Assembly: GCF_048593235.1 (NCBI RefSeq)
Contig: NC_133622.1
Location: forward strand, 76,012,001-76,076,000
From: Sminthopsis crassicaudata
Lineage: Eukaryota
Reading direction: 5' to 3'
DNA: 64,000 nt
A program made the translations under genes and the position numbers. Under the pieces are notes generated by a model, which did no database searches, was not told the DNA's origin, and was given only the letters and a program-made list of their open reading frames with translations. Shown here one piece after another: positions 26,491 through 39,852 of this stretch. The first letter of the stretch is position 1. Each line of letters starts with the position of its first letter.

Positions 26491-27129
26491 CCTAGATGAG
26501 CTCTGGTTCTCCCATTTATAAAATTGACCTACTAATACTTGTTTCACCAACTCTGTAAGGCTGTGGTGAGGAAGGCCCTTGGATGCTTCTATAGCAAAGG
26601 TGAGTTTTTCTTCTTGTACCGTTTGGTGATTATTCTCTTCACTTCCACCAAGACCCATCCTTTCCAAACTCCAGATTTTAGAGGCTCAGGATTACTTTAG
26701 TTATGTAATAAGTAATTATTAGTTATGTAATACTAGAGGACATTACAACTTGTGTCTGAGATGACAGACTCCAATACAAATAATCTTTGTTATGAGAAGT
26801 GCTAAGTTATTAAAACTGTCTCTTCACCAAATATACAGTCAAAAACAATTTAGTTATTACCAGGATATGAAAACAGATTAGAAACTGAAAGGTAGCATTC
26901 GATGCAATTAAAGTGACTTATACTTAGCTAAAATTCTAGTAGGTGAATTCTACGGTGACACTGACAAATTGTCAATTTGGTAAAGAGAACTGAAATAACT
27001 TGAAAAATATAACATTTAACACTATGCTGAGTCACAGATCCCTCATTTCTGTGTTGGACTATTGTCCTGGTTATCTCAACATAAATAAAATTCAAAAAGG
27101 CAATTTTCAATATAGATGCTTTTGTCATC

Positions 27130-27250
27130 TAGGAAAGCCTATAGTTTCACTTCTCAGAAAAAATAAACCTTTTTAATGCATAAAATAAAATATATAGGAT
27201 TATAGATGAAAACAATTATTTTCAAATACAATTATAAAAATAAAACAAAT
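27130..27250 (+). mobile_element. hAT-Charlie-type MITE fragment
   Basis: ttttaatgcataaaataaaatatataggatta...aacaattattttcaaatacaatt; same family as the copies at 41.0, 44.7 and 61.3 kb. Confidence 0.55.
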
Positions 27251-27789
27251 GCTAGTTCTTTGAAAGTTTATATAGGGATGCATATGAAGAGTAGAATAGG
27301 TATAAGGTATAAGTATATTGCTCGTTTTTTAAGATGATAATAAGATTTATCAAATAGTTTTGGGAGAGGGAGAGAGGAAAGAGGGAAAGAGAACAAATCC
27401 ACAAACTCTATGGTAAATCCACTGATTTAATAGATTAAAAGAGTGTTAACTTGCTAACCAATGCTTCCCTCTATCCCCACCATATAATTTTCAAGTGCCA
27501 AACATATTTTCCAACATGCTCTTTAGGGGAAAAAAAGCCCAAAGGCATAGAACAAATAAATCATTTTCACACATATTTCTCCCAAATGATATCCTTTTGA
27601 AATGAGGCCCCACCCCCTTTTTTTTTGACAGAAACATCAATGCAGTATAGTTGAAGTGCAAAGGCTTTTACTGTAATTAATCTGTGCTAATGAAAGCACC
27701 ACTGATTTCATGAGCCAGAGAAGTGTGCCTCTTTGCCCATATTTATTTATTTATTTTAAAGGCCATTAAACACTGATTTGTGCCTCTGA

Positions 27790-27970
27790 CCCACATTGGC
27801 TCTGTGACCCTGGGCAAGTCACTTAATTTCTCAGTTAAGGCAAGTCAAAGAGTTAGCAACTTGGAAAGCTCTTTAAGAAGATAAATTGCAGAGAAGGTGC
27901 TGACCTGCATTAGTAAATAAAGATTCCTCACCTGGGAGTTCCTTATAGCAATAAAATCACAGTTTCAATC
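27790..27970 (+). mobile_element. Marsupial CORE-SINE
   Basis: ctctgtgaccctgggcaagtcacttaatttctcag...gcagagaaggtgctgacctgcattag...cctgggagttccttatagcaataaaatcacag; related copies at ~36395-36600 and ~49200-49360. Confidence 0.65.
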
Positions 27971-29429
27971 CCAATCTCTATAGACTTATAAAATATTAGA
28001 ACTGCAAGAAGGCTACCAAGAAGATCATTTTGTTCTCTATTTTACATATGAGGAAACTGAGGTCAGAAAGAACTGATTGAAATTTTTTCTAATGCACTAT
28101 GTTTTTGAAGAGGAAGGTTTACTTAAAATTACATGTGCTGCCTATGATTCAAAAGATACAGCTCATTCTTTCTTAAGAATCCTATTTTGTCATGCATGGT
28201 CCTGCAAGGAAAAAGCTGCAGAGCCCTGCTAACAATTCAGTGCAACAGAATCTGTACAATAGTATGACCCTGAACTGTCTTACATACAAAGGATGGTGCC
28301 AGAGCTGGGTATTTTATTACAAAGAACAAAACAATTCTATTTTGATATTACCTGAATAATAAAAAGAGAAAGAAATTTCTCTCCACCCAATGAGTCAGTT
28401 TTGACTACTTTTAAGAAAGGTTCTGATAAGGTTTCTAAGCAATAATTCTTGGTTTACCATATCAGTTGTTCATGGTTGCCATCTAACTGGCAACTTGCCA
28501 TTTTCACAGGATAAAATATTACTTAATCTCCTTGCCTAATTAAAAATGGCTTACCTACATCTCCAATTGGATTTTAACTATTTTAGAATATTCTGCCATT
28601 TATCAAGTAAGAAGACTTAAGTGATTTATGAAATCTTCACAAAAATATTGAGAGGACCTATCATTCTTTTTGGGTTCAATTTAATTCTTCCTAAATAGCT
28701 CTTTGCTGGTCTATACTTTCAAAATAGAGCTTTATTTCTTAATATTCAATAAGGAAAGAGAATAGCATAAGGTCAAAACTCTAAGGTCATCATCTACTCT
28801 TCACATAATCTTGGCCCAAGCCATTTGGTCTCTAGGAGTCTTTGCTTCCTCATCTGAAAATAAGTATAACATTTACCCTACCAGCCTTATAGGACTATTG
28901 TAAAGAAAATGCATGGTTGCAGAAATGTGAACTATTATTAAATGAAAATATAAAGTCCCTGAAAGTGAGAACTACATGTGTATTGCCCAAGAGCAGAGAA
29001 GCAGAAAGAGGCAGGGCAGGGAGGACATGATAAGGTAAAGAAAATTGACTTGAATTCAAAAATCTGCATTCACATCTTTACAATACAACATAATATTCAT
29101 GTGATTTTGGCTGATTTATTTAATTTCTTTGTATTTCAATTTCCTCATCTGCAAAATAAGAGGGCTGAACTAATTAAACTTGAAAGATTTATTTAATGCC
29201 TACTATTTATTCATAAGGTACTATCAGACACTGGAGATCTTGCCTTCAAGGGACTTTCATGATTCCCAAAATCTTTTTCCTATGATCAGAGATACTTTTT
29301 ATGGTGTAGAAAACAGCTCTCAAAAACTCAGTTTGAAGGCAATATTTCCAAGATAAGCTTACATCTCAATTTAAGAACTTAAAAAAAACTCAAGAAGCTC
29401 AAATTGAATAACATCTTTTAAAGTAATGT

Positions 29430-30115
29430 TTTTGCTTTAAAAATAGATTTTTACTGATTTTTTTTTTTTGCTTTTTTACATCACCTAGATTTTCATTCTT
29501 CCTCTTATTCTCAATTTCTAAAAGAACTATCCCTTAGGACAAAGGTATTTTAAAAAATAGAAAGAAGAAATAAGTAAAAAAATTAAGCAAAACTGATTCC
29601 TGCAGGAACAGAATAAAGTATTATATGCAATGTTTCACAACCATTGATCTTTCTAACTCCTACCTATTTCTGTAAAGGAGTAGGGAAAAGCATCTTATCA
29701 TATCTCTTCTTTTGCAAAATTCATTTTTTTTTTTTGTTCTTAGTTGCTTGTTCTATGTATATTGCTGTAGTGTCTGTGCATATTGTTTTCCTGGCTCTAT
29801 TTACTTCACTTTGATCATTTTCTTGACATTTTATCATTTTACCATACTCATTATTTCCTACAAATTAGTGATATTCCCTTCTATTTAATGAACACAATTT
29901 ATTTAACCACTCTCCAATCAAAGTGCATCTCTGTTTCTATTTGTAATTACAAAAAATACTTTAAATATTTTGGTATATATCAAACCTTTCTTTTTGTCAA
30001 TGGCAATGTTGTGTTAAAGATATAGGATGGAATCTGTGAGTCAAAGGGTGTGTTAGTAACTTTATTTGCACAATTCTAAATTGCTTTCCAGAATGGTGGT
30101 ACATGACCAGTTAGT
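29430..30115 (-). mobile_element. Old LINE-1 3' end fragment
   Basis: gtatattgctgtag...gcatattgttttcctggctctatttacttcactt; aatttatttaaccactctccaatc; attgctttccagaatggtggtac. Confidence 0.65.
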
Positions 30116-31474
30116 CACATCTTAAAGTACACAAACTTCTTGCTCTAGGCAAGATGAACTAAACTTGTGACTTACATTTTTATCACTTGGTTTCTTAAAG
30201 TAAGCTTGTGACTCACTCATCTCAAGTCTACGTGCAATATAATCATAATTAAAATCATCACAACAAAGGACACAACTGCATAGGATTAAAATCATCACAA
30301 TGAAAGTCACAACTTTATAGGAAACAATTAACCAAATGAGCAATGAGAATTCCAATAATTGCATAAAGACTCTGGCTTGCTTACAGCATAAACCTTGAAT
30401 GAATCTCTCTACTATTGGCTAATTGCATCACTGAAACTTAAAACTTCCTTGTCTTTACACAAGTATATAACTCTTTCTCTGTGCACTCCTGTAGGATCTA
30501 CAGTGCGATATTTCTGTAATATTTGTACTTCATAGTTTGAGTTTCACCCCACCCTTTAACAGAAATGACATCTTCACTCAGAGATTTTACCCTATAGAAA
30601 AGTCATTTCACTGGTTAAGTACTGCCTTCAGAAGCCTGCAGAAAGATGTTATTCAGCAAGAAGATCCTCTCAGGCAGAAAATGGCAACCGAGTCAAGCGT
30701 CAAGCACCGCTGGCTGCAGCCCTGCAGCCTCAGGGTAGGCTAACAGAACTGAATGATAACATGCTGAAACAAAATCCCTCATAACGAAAATCTGTTCAGA
30801 ATCAGTCATGTTGAGGCTGACTTAAAATTCTGTTTTGAGAATTGCTAAACATGCATTTAACTTTCATGCAAAACCAAGTTTTTGCTGACTTCAAGATGTA
30901 GCCTCCCTCCCCCCCACGAAACAACACATTCCAGAAGATGTCAGGAAAGATCTGAATGAAGCTTTGGAGAGCATCTGTTTCTAATGTTCCTAGGCGCTCG
31001 TTCTCTGATCACCAGCATAACACAGTCCAGCATAAAACAAGCAGCTTGTCTCTCTCTCTGAATGTCTACAATAAAGTGATAGAACAGGAAAGGGTCATTC
31101 TTTGTGCCATTGACTATTGGGGCTGGGAGTGTTACCTCTAGGAGATTCCCATTATGGAGGGGAGAGGGGCTGGGCCAGATGACCTTTCCGATATAGATTG
31201 CTGACCATATTGTCAAGTGGGACCCAATCATATTCTTCCCCCTTTCTTGTATAATTTTTCATAAATACAGTCTCTCCAACCTGACTGGAAATTCCTTGAG
31301 GACAGTGGTTCATGTAATTTAATGCTAGATATATGTAATATAGTGAGTTTTTGTAAGATAGCTTACTGAAATGAATTTAAATATAAGGGTATGATTCCAG
31401 GTGAAATGGTCATAGGAGGAACAGAGCTTATATTTATTATCACGATATTTTTCTTCGTTTTTGAAGAGTAACAA

Positions 31475-31915
31475 TAACATCATGGGCAGAGTTTGAGAGT
31501 GAATTGGACTTGAGTAAGGCAGACTTGAGCTCACTTTCTCTTCCAGAGTTACTGGAGTCCAGTGGTAGGACAAAAGTCAGGAAAGATGCTAAGGGATGAT
31601 CTGGACATCTTCAATAGTGACCAGGCTCTGCGTGCTCCATTTCAATGGCTCTTGGGACAAATCGTTCTTATCTACCATTCTGCCAGAGGAAGCGCTCACC
31701 TGTTCGAGGCAGAGAACCCCTAACTCCCCGACAGGTTGGAGGCTGGTGGTTATCCAGCCAAGAGTTTTAGTAACTACTGTACATGCTACAGTTTCTTGGT
31801 GTCACAGGTGGGAGCTGGGTGAATCAGGTAGACACCAAAGGTGGAGGAGCTGCCCTGAAAAGGATGTAGTGAGCTATTACCCACAGGTGCTGGTCCTCCC
31901 TAAACACCCCATATA
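31475..31915. mobile_element. Marsupial RTE-related SINE (WALLSI-like), possibly composite
   Basis: gtgaattggacttgagtaagg...ctcactttctcttccagag...ccagtgg; catgctacagtttcttggtgtcacaggtggg...gacaccaaaggtggaggagctgccctgaaaagg...gtcctccctaaacacccc. Family name from memory. Confidence 0.55.
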
Positions 31916-34617
31916 CTTCTATTAATACTTAGCATCTATTAACTATACTGACCACTCAACAAAGCATCTAAAAATAGAGCCTGATCCCTGTGAACAAACA
32001 GAAGTAGCTAAGAAATAGAATTTTTATAGCTGTGAAAAATGAAACCTGAAACCAAGAGTTAGAAAATGATAACTATGTATCAGATGTATTTTATCAAACT
32101 AACACTTGTAATGTTTCATTTGTGCTACACAGTCATACTTCTGAGAACAACTGTTTTCTGCTTTTTGAAATTTTTGGGTAAAAGATAGGTATTCAGAAGC
32201 TTTGTTATGGTAATAGATTTGAATAGTACCTTTTACAGAGTGTCTCAAATAAGGCTCTACACAATACTATGAGGTATGTGGAACAAGGGGATATTATATA
32301 TCAGATTTATTGATGAAGAAACTGAGGTTGAGAGTAACAAAGAACAGGAGATGCCCATTGTTTGGGGAATGGTTAAATAAGTTGTAGTACTTGAATGTAG
32401 TATCACTGTGCCATAGGGAATAATGACTTGTTTATGATCCTACAGCTGGATTCTGTAGAAATGTACAAACTTTTAAATAAAGTGGTAAATCACCTTCTGT
32501 TGACTTCTCTATAACTAGCATGAAAAATTCTTATATACAATGAGTTTCTGCCTAAATAGCAACCACAGCATGAGAAAGAATTGTAGTATTTCTAGTTGTG
32601 TCTGAAGACATGAAGTTTGGTACTTTCATTCCTTTTTCCATATAGTAAATATCTATGTGTGCAGAAAGGTGAGAGCCCAAGTGAAATTCTCAGAAAGCCC
32701 TGGGTCAGGGATTTGATTAGTTCACAGCACCTAAAATCGTTGTTAAATAAAACAATAGACTCAGAAGCTGTCAGGTTTGTACATGACAGTTGTAATGCTA
32801 AATAGGATCCTTAGAGAAGTTCCTTTAGGTTTATACTGCATTTCTCCATATTCTGTCTGTAGTAAGGCAATAAATAGAACACTCAAGATGTCATTAGATA
32901 ACTTAGAAGACCAAAATGTATTTTTGTTTCCTTAAAATTACTTGGATTTGGAAATGAGATAGCTTTCTTTAATTGTCCCAATTCATATCACAGAAATAAG
33001 AACTGACATGCTGATTCACACATACAAAAGTTCTGCATGATTTGGGATTTAAGAAGGAGTTATATTTCTCAGTTCCTGTGATTAGTTTAATTAAATGCAA
33101 AATTGCTTTGTTATATACCATTTATTAACATATTAATTGGCTCTAAGAATATAGTGCTATTTACCTGGAGGTATGTAGCTTAGATTTACAATGCACTTGT
33201 GCTGGCACAAAGAAGGAATGAATTTTTGAACATATAACAAATTCATCCTGAGATACACTAAAAGGACTTTAAGCAACATCTACAATAAGAAAATTCGTAT
33301 AACTAGACAATCTATTGTTTAAACAACATTCTGACTGAATAATATTATTTCCCTCCCCTTTGTTAACTTTTTATATGAACACAAAAATGTACCACGGAGA
33401 AAAAATTTTATTTTCTCCCAGAAAGCTGTTTGCCATCATCTAGCATAAAAATCTACTATTAAATCATATTCTTTGGAAAATAATTCACCAAATAATTACT
33501 AAGCTTTTTATTATTTATTACTAAACACATTTCTAGCATTGTAATCATGTCACATATTAAGTTGAAAGGAAGCAAGATCAGCCAAAGTACTCTTGAATAT
33601 CTAGCAAAACTCGCTTGAAATGACATTGTTTCATTTCATGATACTCTGCATCTCTCAACTAAAGTCATCTCCCTGGCAAAGGGAAACCTCCTTTCTAAAG
33701 CAAAAGCTACTAGTAGTAATTTTCCATGCCTATCATTAAGCTTATCAACACTTTAAAGTAACAAAAAACCTCTGGGAAAAAATTCTCTGTGTAAATAACA
33801 TAAACAGATTTCAGTTTGTTAATAGATCTGAAATGAAATCTAAAAAAAAAAAATCCAAGGCTTCACCAAAGAGAGAAATCAAACGAGTATTTGTGCACAA
33901 TTTTTAAAAATCACAAGCTAAAGTGAAACAAAAAATCATTTTTAATACTACCTCTGTTAATACAGAGTAGGTTATTTTAACTTATATTTAGTCCTTTAAA
34001 AGCTCCTGATACCTACAGATGTGATATCAGATAGGAACCAAAATATACAAATCAACCTTCCTACCTCTAGAAGACAAGAAAAGCGGTCAATATAACAAGT
34101 GAACATAGGATTCAAAATCTGGCAAAAATGGGGTGATATAAGTTGGCTCCAAACCATTAATAATGTTTTTTCAAAGATTGAGTTATAAGATTAATAGTTG
34201 CCAGACCATCAACTATTTACTCAATGTTAAAGCAACATTTTTATTAACAAAATACTCCCTAAATTGCAAATAAAAAATGTGAAATTTGATCTAACACCTG
34301 TAGCAAATGTGAAGGAGGTCCATAACCAAGGGCACTCTGTGGGTCCGAACACTGTGGAGTGTTCTCTGTCTGATCTTGTTCTAAAGAGAACAAAACCGCA
34401 CCCACTGCTGTCAATGTGGTTTATTCTTCCTTCAAATTTATCGAAATGAAAATTTCTTAATCAGCATTTAGTACTTGTGAACTGGTCTATTCCTACGTGA
34501 AAAATTATAAACTTGCTACTTCTACAAGCTATTCAAATGTCTCCAAAATGTTAATATAGCAGTAACAGATCACTACCAGCCTGCTGTTTTAAAAGCCAAT
34601 TAATGAACTAAACTTAC

Positions 34618-34775
34618 ATCATGCATGGAGTCCAGTAGCTTAGTCAGCTGATAGAATCTTTGCCAGCTTTGTCCAGAGTTACTTGGACATTTTGTTACCA
34701 TTTTCCGCAACTCTTTGATGTAATTTGTCCTCATTTCTTCAAATGCAACTTGGCTTTTGAGGCCATCCTTGGGAA
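34618..34775 (-). CDS. NR3C2: Mineralocorticoid receptor exon 8 (ligand-binding domain)
   Basis: The final A of exon 7 plus TT gives ATT (Ile), then [52 protein letters not shown]. Acceptor TTTTTCAACACAG ends at 34776; donor GAT|GTAAGT at 34617. Length 158 nt, phase-compatible with exon 7. The sequence is MR-type rather than GR/PR/AR. Confidence 0.97.
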
Positions 34776-37339
34776 CTGTGTTGAAAAACACGGATATGAT
34801 AAAACATTACATGGTTTTAAAATTTAACAAGTTAATGTATGTAAAACATTAATTAATTCATATAAATGCTCTAAACTCTCTGGGCACTTCTTTTTAGATG
34901 AATATTGAATATTATGAATGATCCTGAAGAAGAAACATAATTAGATACTTAAGATTCATATACTGGCAATTATGCATGATACATAAGAGCACACACACTG
35001 AATCACATTATTCTTTATTTTCAAAGCATTTTACAAATCCTTGCTACTTAACTGAGGGCCCATACTTAAGAGGTTAAAAATTTCTAGCTGTCCTATTGAA
35101 CCCCATCTCTAAGAGATATATCTATAATTATAGCTGTGATAAGCATGTCTTCTCAGAGCATTCCCTTTCCATTCAGTGATTGATCTCACGATATGTGGGA
35201 GTATGCTGCAATCTCTCACAAAGACACAGCTTAGCAATCTTATGAACTGGCAACAGGTAAATTCATGAGCCACAGAAAGAGGGTTTGGAGGAGGATGAAC
35301 CACTTGTACAGAAGGTGTTTTTTTCCTCCTAAGGCAAATTTAATGATGCAAGAAAATTAAAAATCATAGAATAGTGCATCTTTGTCAAAGTTCTGCATAT
35401 AATAGGTTTTTGTTTATTTTTATACAATAGTTTGTATTTAAAGTGAAATGCCTCATTTTAAGTATGCTTTGCTTTCATGATATCATGTGGGTTATGTCCT
35501 GAGTTTAAAAAGTGACTAATGACGGGTTTATATTCATGTATTGACTATATGGGGTCTAAAGACCTGCTATAAATTTGCTTATATCATCAAATATATACTA
35601 AAGACTAGACACATTTTAAGCATGTGAGATTGGTGGTCAGGGACACCATGAAATTTCCAAATAAAATCAGTGTCCTGAATATATATGGGCATTCTGTTGC
35701 GAATATATTTCTGTGACTATTAATGATTTCATTTCTGGATGTAAAAACACTCTACTTTTGATTCCTGATTAAAGTTAAATCATGTTCTGCCAGTGAGAGG
35801 AGAGGAGAAAGTATGGAGAAATTCTTTAATAGCACCTGCTCATATTGCTGAAGGACTCATGAGCAATATATTAAAAACCTTTTCATAAAATTAATACTTT
35901 TAAAAATAAATTCTCTATTTCTTTAAGTTGTTCAGTCAAAAAGCATTTGTTAACAACATACCCATCAATTCTGCAGTTACTACTGAAAATAATGGAGAAT
36001 GATGGCTGACTAAAACTGTAAAGCCAATTTCTATCCAGAATTCTAAAATTAGGTTCAACCTTCAGAAAAGCACTGGAAAGTTGCACAAATCAAATACTAA
36101 TATAAAAAGAATCTTGAGGTCTAAATCACACATGTCTGTACTGAGGCTTATTTCTTCATAGTATAAAATTCCACTAGCTTTCCTTCACAGGTACATTAAA
36201 TGTAACATCATCTGGAGAGAAAGGAGAAAACCTTACATTTTACTACAAGCTTCACTACTGTCTTTTAGGTCATTAATGTTTGCCAAATCTGCTTAGATCA
36301 AAACGGGCATTCTTCTTAAGCCATTAGATTTTTTGAGAGTTGTTTTACTTGGATTCTGAAGTTATTAAACTTTATGCTAAGTATTGCTACTTATTAGTGG
36401 CAGCATGGCGTACTGGACAGAGTATTCAGTCTCATGAAGCCCTGGGATTGAGTCCTCTGACACATCCTTTCTGAGTGACTCCTGAGCAGGTCATTTGAGT
36501 CTGAGGCACTCATGATTATGAGTTGCAGAGCAGGTGCTGATCTATAATGGAAAGGAAGAGTCCCTTCATTGGCCTGTACCCACAAAATCACAGGTCTGGT
36601 CTCTTTCCCACATCCATTACTACTTTTATTTTATGGCTGAAACTAAAATGTATCCTATTTTTCAGCCAGATTTTTCCAAAAAATTGAAATAAACCCATAA
36701 ATAAAGAGGACTTGAGCAAAACATCACATTCTGGACTTCAGCCCAGAGTTCTGATTTTACTTATTAAATGCAGTGGGACTTGCTTTTGGAAATCTTCCAA
36801 AAATCTATGGGCTGGAGAAGAGCATAGAAGAAAAAATTGAGATGTAATATCCGCTTTCTTCTACATGCAGAAGAACCAAAATGATGTCATCATCAATAAA
36901 ATGTTCCTAAATATATTTTACATTGCCTAAGAGCCATGTGATTTTACTATCTCCAAATCAGAGGAAACATTCTCATGCTTTCTTCCATAGGTTACTATGA
37001 AAAACTTTGTATAACATTTAATGTCATTTACTTTTATTTATCTAAAAACTATGATACTTAAATTTTAGGAAACAAAAATAATAATCATAGTAAGCACCAC
37101 AATGATAGTATTGTCTATTCTTGACTTCATCAGTTTATATGAGAAAGTGGCAAAGACAACTCACTTAGACTAAATAGTTTAGGTCAAGAAGTAGACACAG
37201 CACACACACTGAAATTCACTTAAAATTCAATTAATCTATGATGTTGCATTTTTCCGCAAAACCTTTCTTATAACTTGAGGTTAAAAAACAAATGAATCAG
37301 TGAATCAGAGAGGTGAAACATGGCAGGCTAAGTGTGTGT

Positions 37340-37575
37340 ATGAGAGACAGATGGAGAGAAAGACAGGGAGAGGGAGAGACAGAGGAAGAGAAAAAGAGGG
37401 AGAGAAATAGACAGAGACACACCACAGACAGAGATAGAGAGAGATGGAGAGAAAGAAAGAGAGAGGGGGGAAGGAAAAGAGAGAAGGGAAGGAGGGAGAG
37501 AAAGAGAGAAAGAGAAAGGAAGAAAAAGAGGGAAAGAAGAAGGGAGGCAAGAGGGAAAGAGGAAGGAAATAGGAG
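37340..37575. repeat. GA-rich polypurine tract in intron 7
   Basis: Uninterrupted purines at 37446-37547 (102 nt). Confidence 0.93.
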
Positions 37576-37994
37576 TAGGTAATTTGGGAGGGTGTAATCT
37601 TAATCATCAATTAATCATCAATCTAAAATCAGCATGAATCATAGTTTTAAGATTTTAGTACTACAGCTAGATAAAAAGTCCACAAAATTATTGTATTACC
37701 AGATAGAGTCTAAATAACATGAAATTTAATTGTAGAAGTTAGAAGACTATCTGTCCTTGAGGCTGACATGAAAGATCATGGAAGGAATGTAATGTATTGC
37801 TTGCATGAAGAAAAGAAAAAATCCTAGATTTGGAATAAGAGGTCCTGACTGTTGGTTTACTGTGACTCTGAGCAAATAAATTACTGTTTGGGACTTCTCT
37901 TCATCTGCAAAATGAGAGACTTAGACTAAATGATATCTCAGGACGCATTTTTTTCTTCTAGGTCTATAGAAGAGACCATATGGTTTATTTAATC

Positions 37995-38662
37995 CAATCG
38001 ATATCAAAGTTTTTGGTCTCATTGCCCTTTACAATTTTAAGAGTAATTGAGGAACCCTAAAATTTTTGTTATTGTTGGTTATTTCTCTAGAGATTTACCA
38101 TATAAGAGTTTAAAGCTGATACATTTAACATTGATTTCATTAAAATAATAACAACATATTTTAATTAAAAATTATATTTTCCAAAACAAAAAATGAAGAG
38201 TGGCACTTTTTTTTAAACACATCTCTTTAAAGTTTGGCTTAATAAAAGACAGCTGGATTCTCATATCTGCTTCTTCATTTAGTATGCTGTGATGTGTCAT
38301 TTTGGCTGAAGCTTATGAAGAAAATCTGGCCTCACACAGTTATGTAACTGGAAAAGGGAGGCGTATTTTAATAGATAAATAATGCCTCAGTATTATGAAA
38401 ATAGTTTTGACCTCATTGTTTTTCAGTTGCGTCGGATTCTGAGACCTCATGGACCACAGAATGCCAATATTAACCATGGGGTTTTCTTGCTAAAGATACT
38501 GGAGTGGTTTGCCGTTTCCTTCTCCAGTGTATTAAGACAAAGAGAGCATTTAATGACTTGTCCAGAAACACAGAAAACAAGTGTTTGAGGCTGGATTTGA
38601 ACTCAGTTTTCCTGGATTCAGGCCCTTAAAGGGTTCCAGGGACAATACCCAGAGAATTATTG
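37995..38662. mobile_element. Internally deleted hAT-Charlie element (Charlie1-like) interrupted by a SINE
   Basis: ggcttaataaaagacagctggattctcatatctgcttc...gaagaaaatctggcctcacacag...ggaaaagggagg; tattatgaaaatagttttgacctc; terminal remnant aaagggttccagggac...gagaattattg beyond the SINE. Confidence 0.7.
38415..38628 (-). mobile_element. MAR1-type SINE nested in the Charlie element
   Basis: ggggttttcttgctaaagatactggagtggtttgccgtttccttctccag...gaggctggatttgaactcag. Confidence 0.8.
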
Positions 38663-38783
38663 ATTAAGCCCAAATGTCCATTTTACAGATTAAAATAACT
38701 AAGGATGAGAGGGAAGATGACTGCTCCAAATTTAGAGTGTTAGTATTTGAGCTCCTGAGACTGGAATATTGAGGAACTGCACC

Positions 38784-38951
38784 AAGTTACATATGATGCA
38801 GTGTGAAGGTATGCACTATATTTTGGATCAAACTAAACAGTAAGATTTCCTTTCTGTGCTCTAGCCCTATAAAAACGGCCAACTCATTGGATATTTTAAA
38901 TTAAGTAGACATAATGTCCAAAACTAGCTTCATTTTTCTTTTTTCCAAAAT
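38784..38951 (+). repeat. Direct repeat copy A flanking exon 7
   Basis: aagttacatatgatgcag...atattttggatcaaactaaa...ggccaactcat...atgtccaaaa; aligns to 39853-40022 at roughly 75-80% (hand alignment). Confidence 0.85.
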
Positions 38952-39212
38952 TTCCTCTTCTTAATGACAGCTCTAATCTAATAACAGTGACCCACTGGAC
39001 CTTTTTGAATTGGATGTCCCACAGAGATTTCAAACACTACAAATCTTAAATCCTTTTTATCCTTCTTCCTATTTTCCCTATTTCTATTGAGGGCATCATC
39101 ATAATAAATCAGTCAGGTTCATTTCCTCTCCTCACTTTGAAATATGCCAGTACTACCTACTGCCTCTCATCTGACTCTTTATATTTTAAAAAATAAATTA
39201 AAATAATTTTTA

Positions 39213-39488
<276 letters not shown>

Positions 39489-39852
39489 TTAGTCTTCATT
39501 ATAAAACCCAGAATAGCAGGCCAAAATGTAACTAGCCAAGATAATGTCATAAATGAGTTCTGAGTCAGAGTTTTTCTTTCCGTCTCAATATAGAGCAGAT
39601 GAATCTTTTGCTGACAGAAGAGCTATTGTTTAAGAGAAAATTCTTTGCCATTCTCTTTAAAGACAAAAAATGGTGGTGACATCTATTCCTAGGCCTTGAG
39701 ACAGCACTGAAAATCCCCAATCATTCTTCTTCAAGTAATGCCATTATTTTAACTTATGTTGAGCAATATAAACCTCTTGGGGTTCTCATTAATAATTCAG
39801 ATTGTGCTACTGAGATGGTCTTATAAATTGGAATGTTTGGGGCAAGTATAAT

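Larger units (their letters stand above)
1..34617 (-). other. NR3C2: Probable NR3C2 intron 8 (partial; exon 9 not seen)
   Basis: Begins at the GTAAGT donor. I found no sequence encoding the expected C-terminus (LVSDLLEFCFYTF...PLYFHRK) by eye. Inference. Confidence 0.75.

Noticed and set aside
1-34617. NR3C2 terminal exon 9 and 3'UTR
   Set aside because: No match to the expected C-terminal peptide by eye; partial motif hits (~24551, ~31010) fail in context. A tblastn would settle it.
34600-34791. ORF-track N-terminus MFFNTV as part of MR
   Set aside because: These residues come from the intron 7 acceptor region; the exon starts at 34775.
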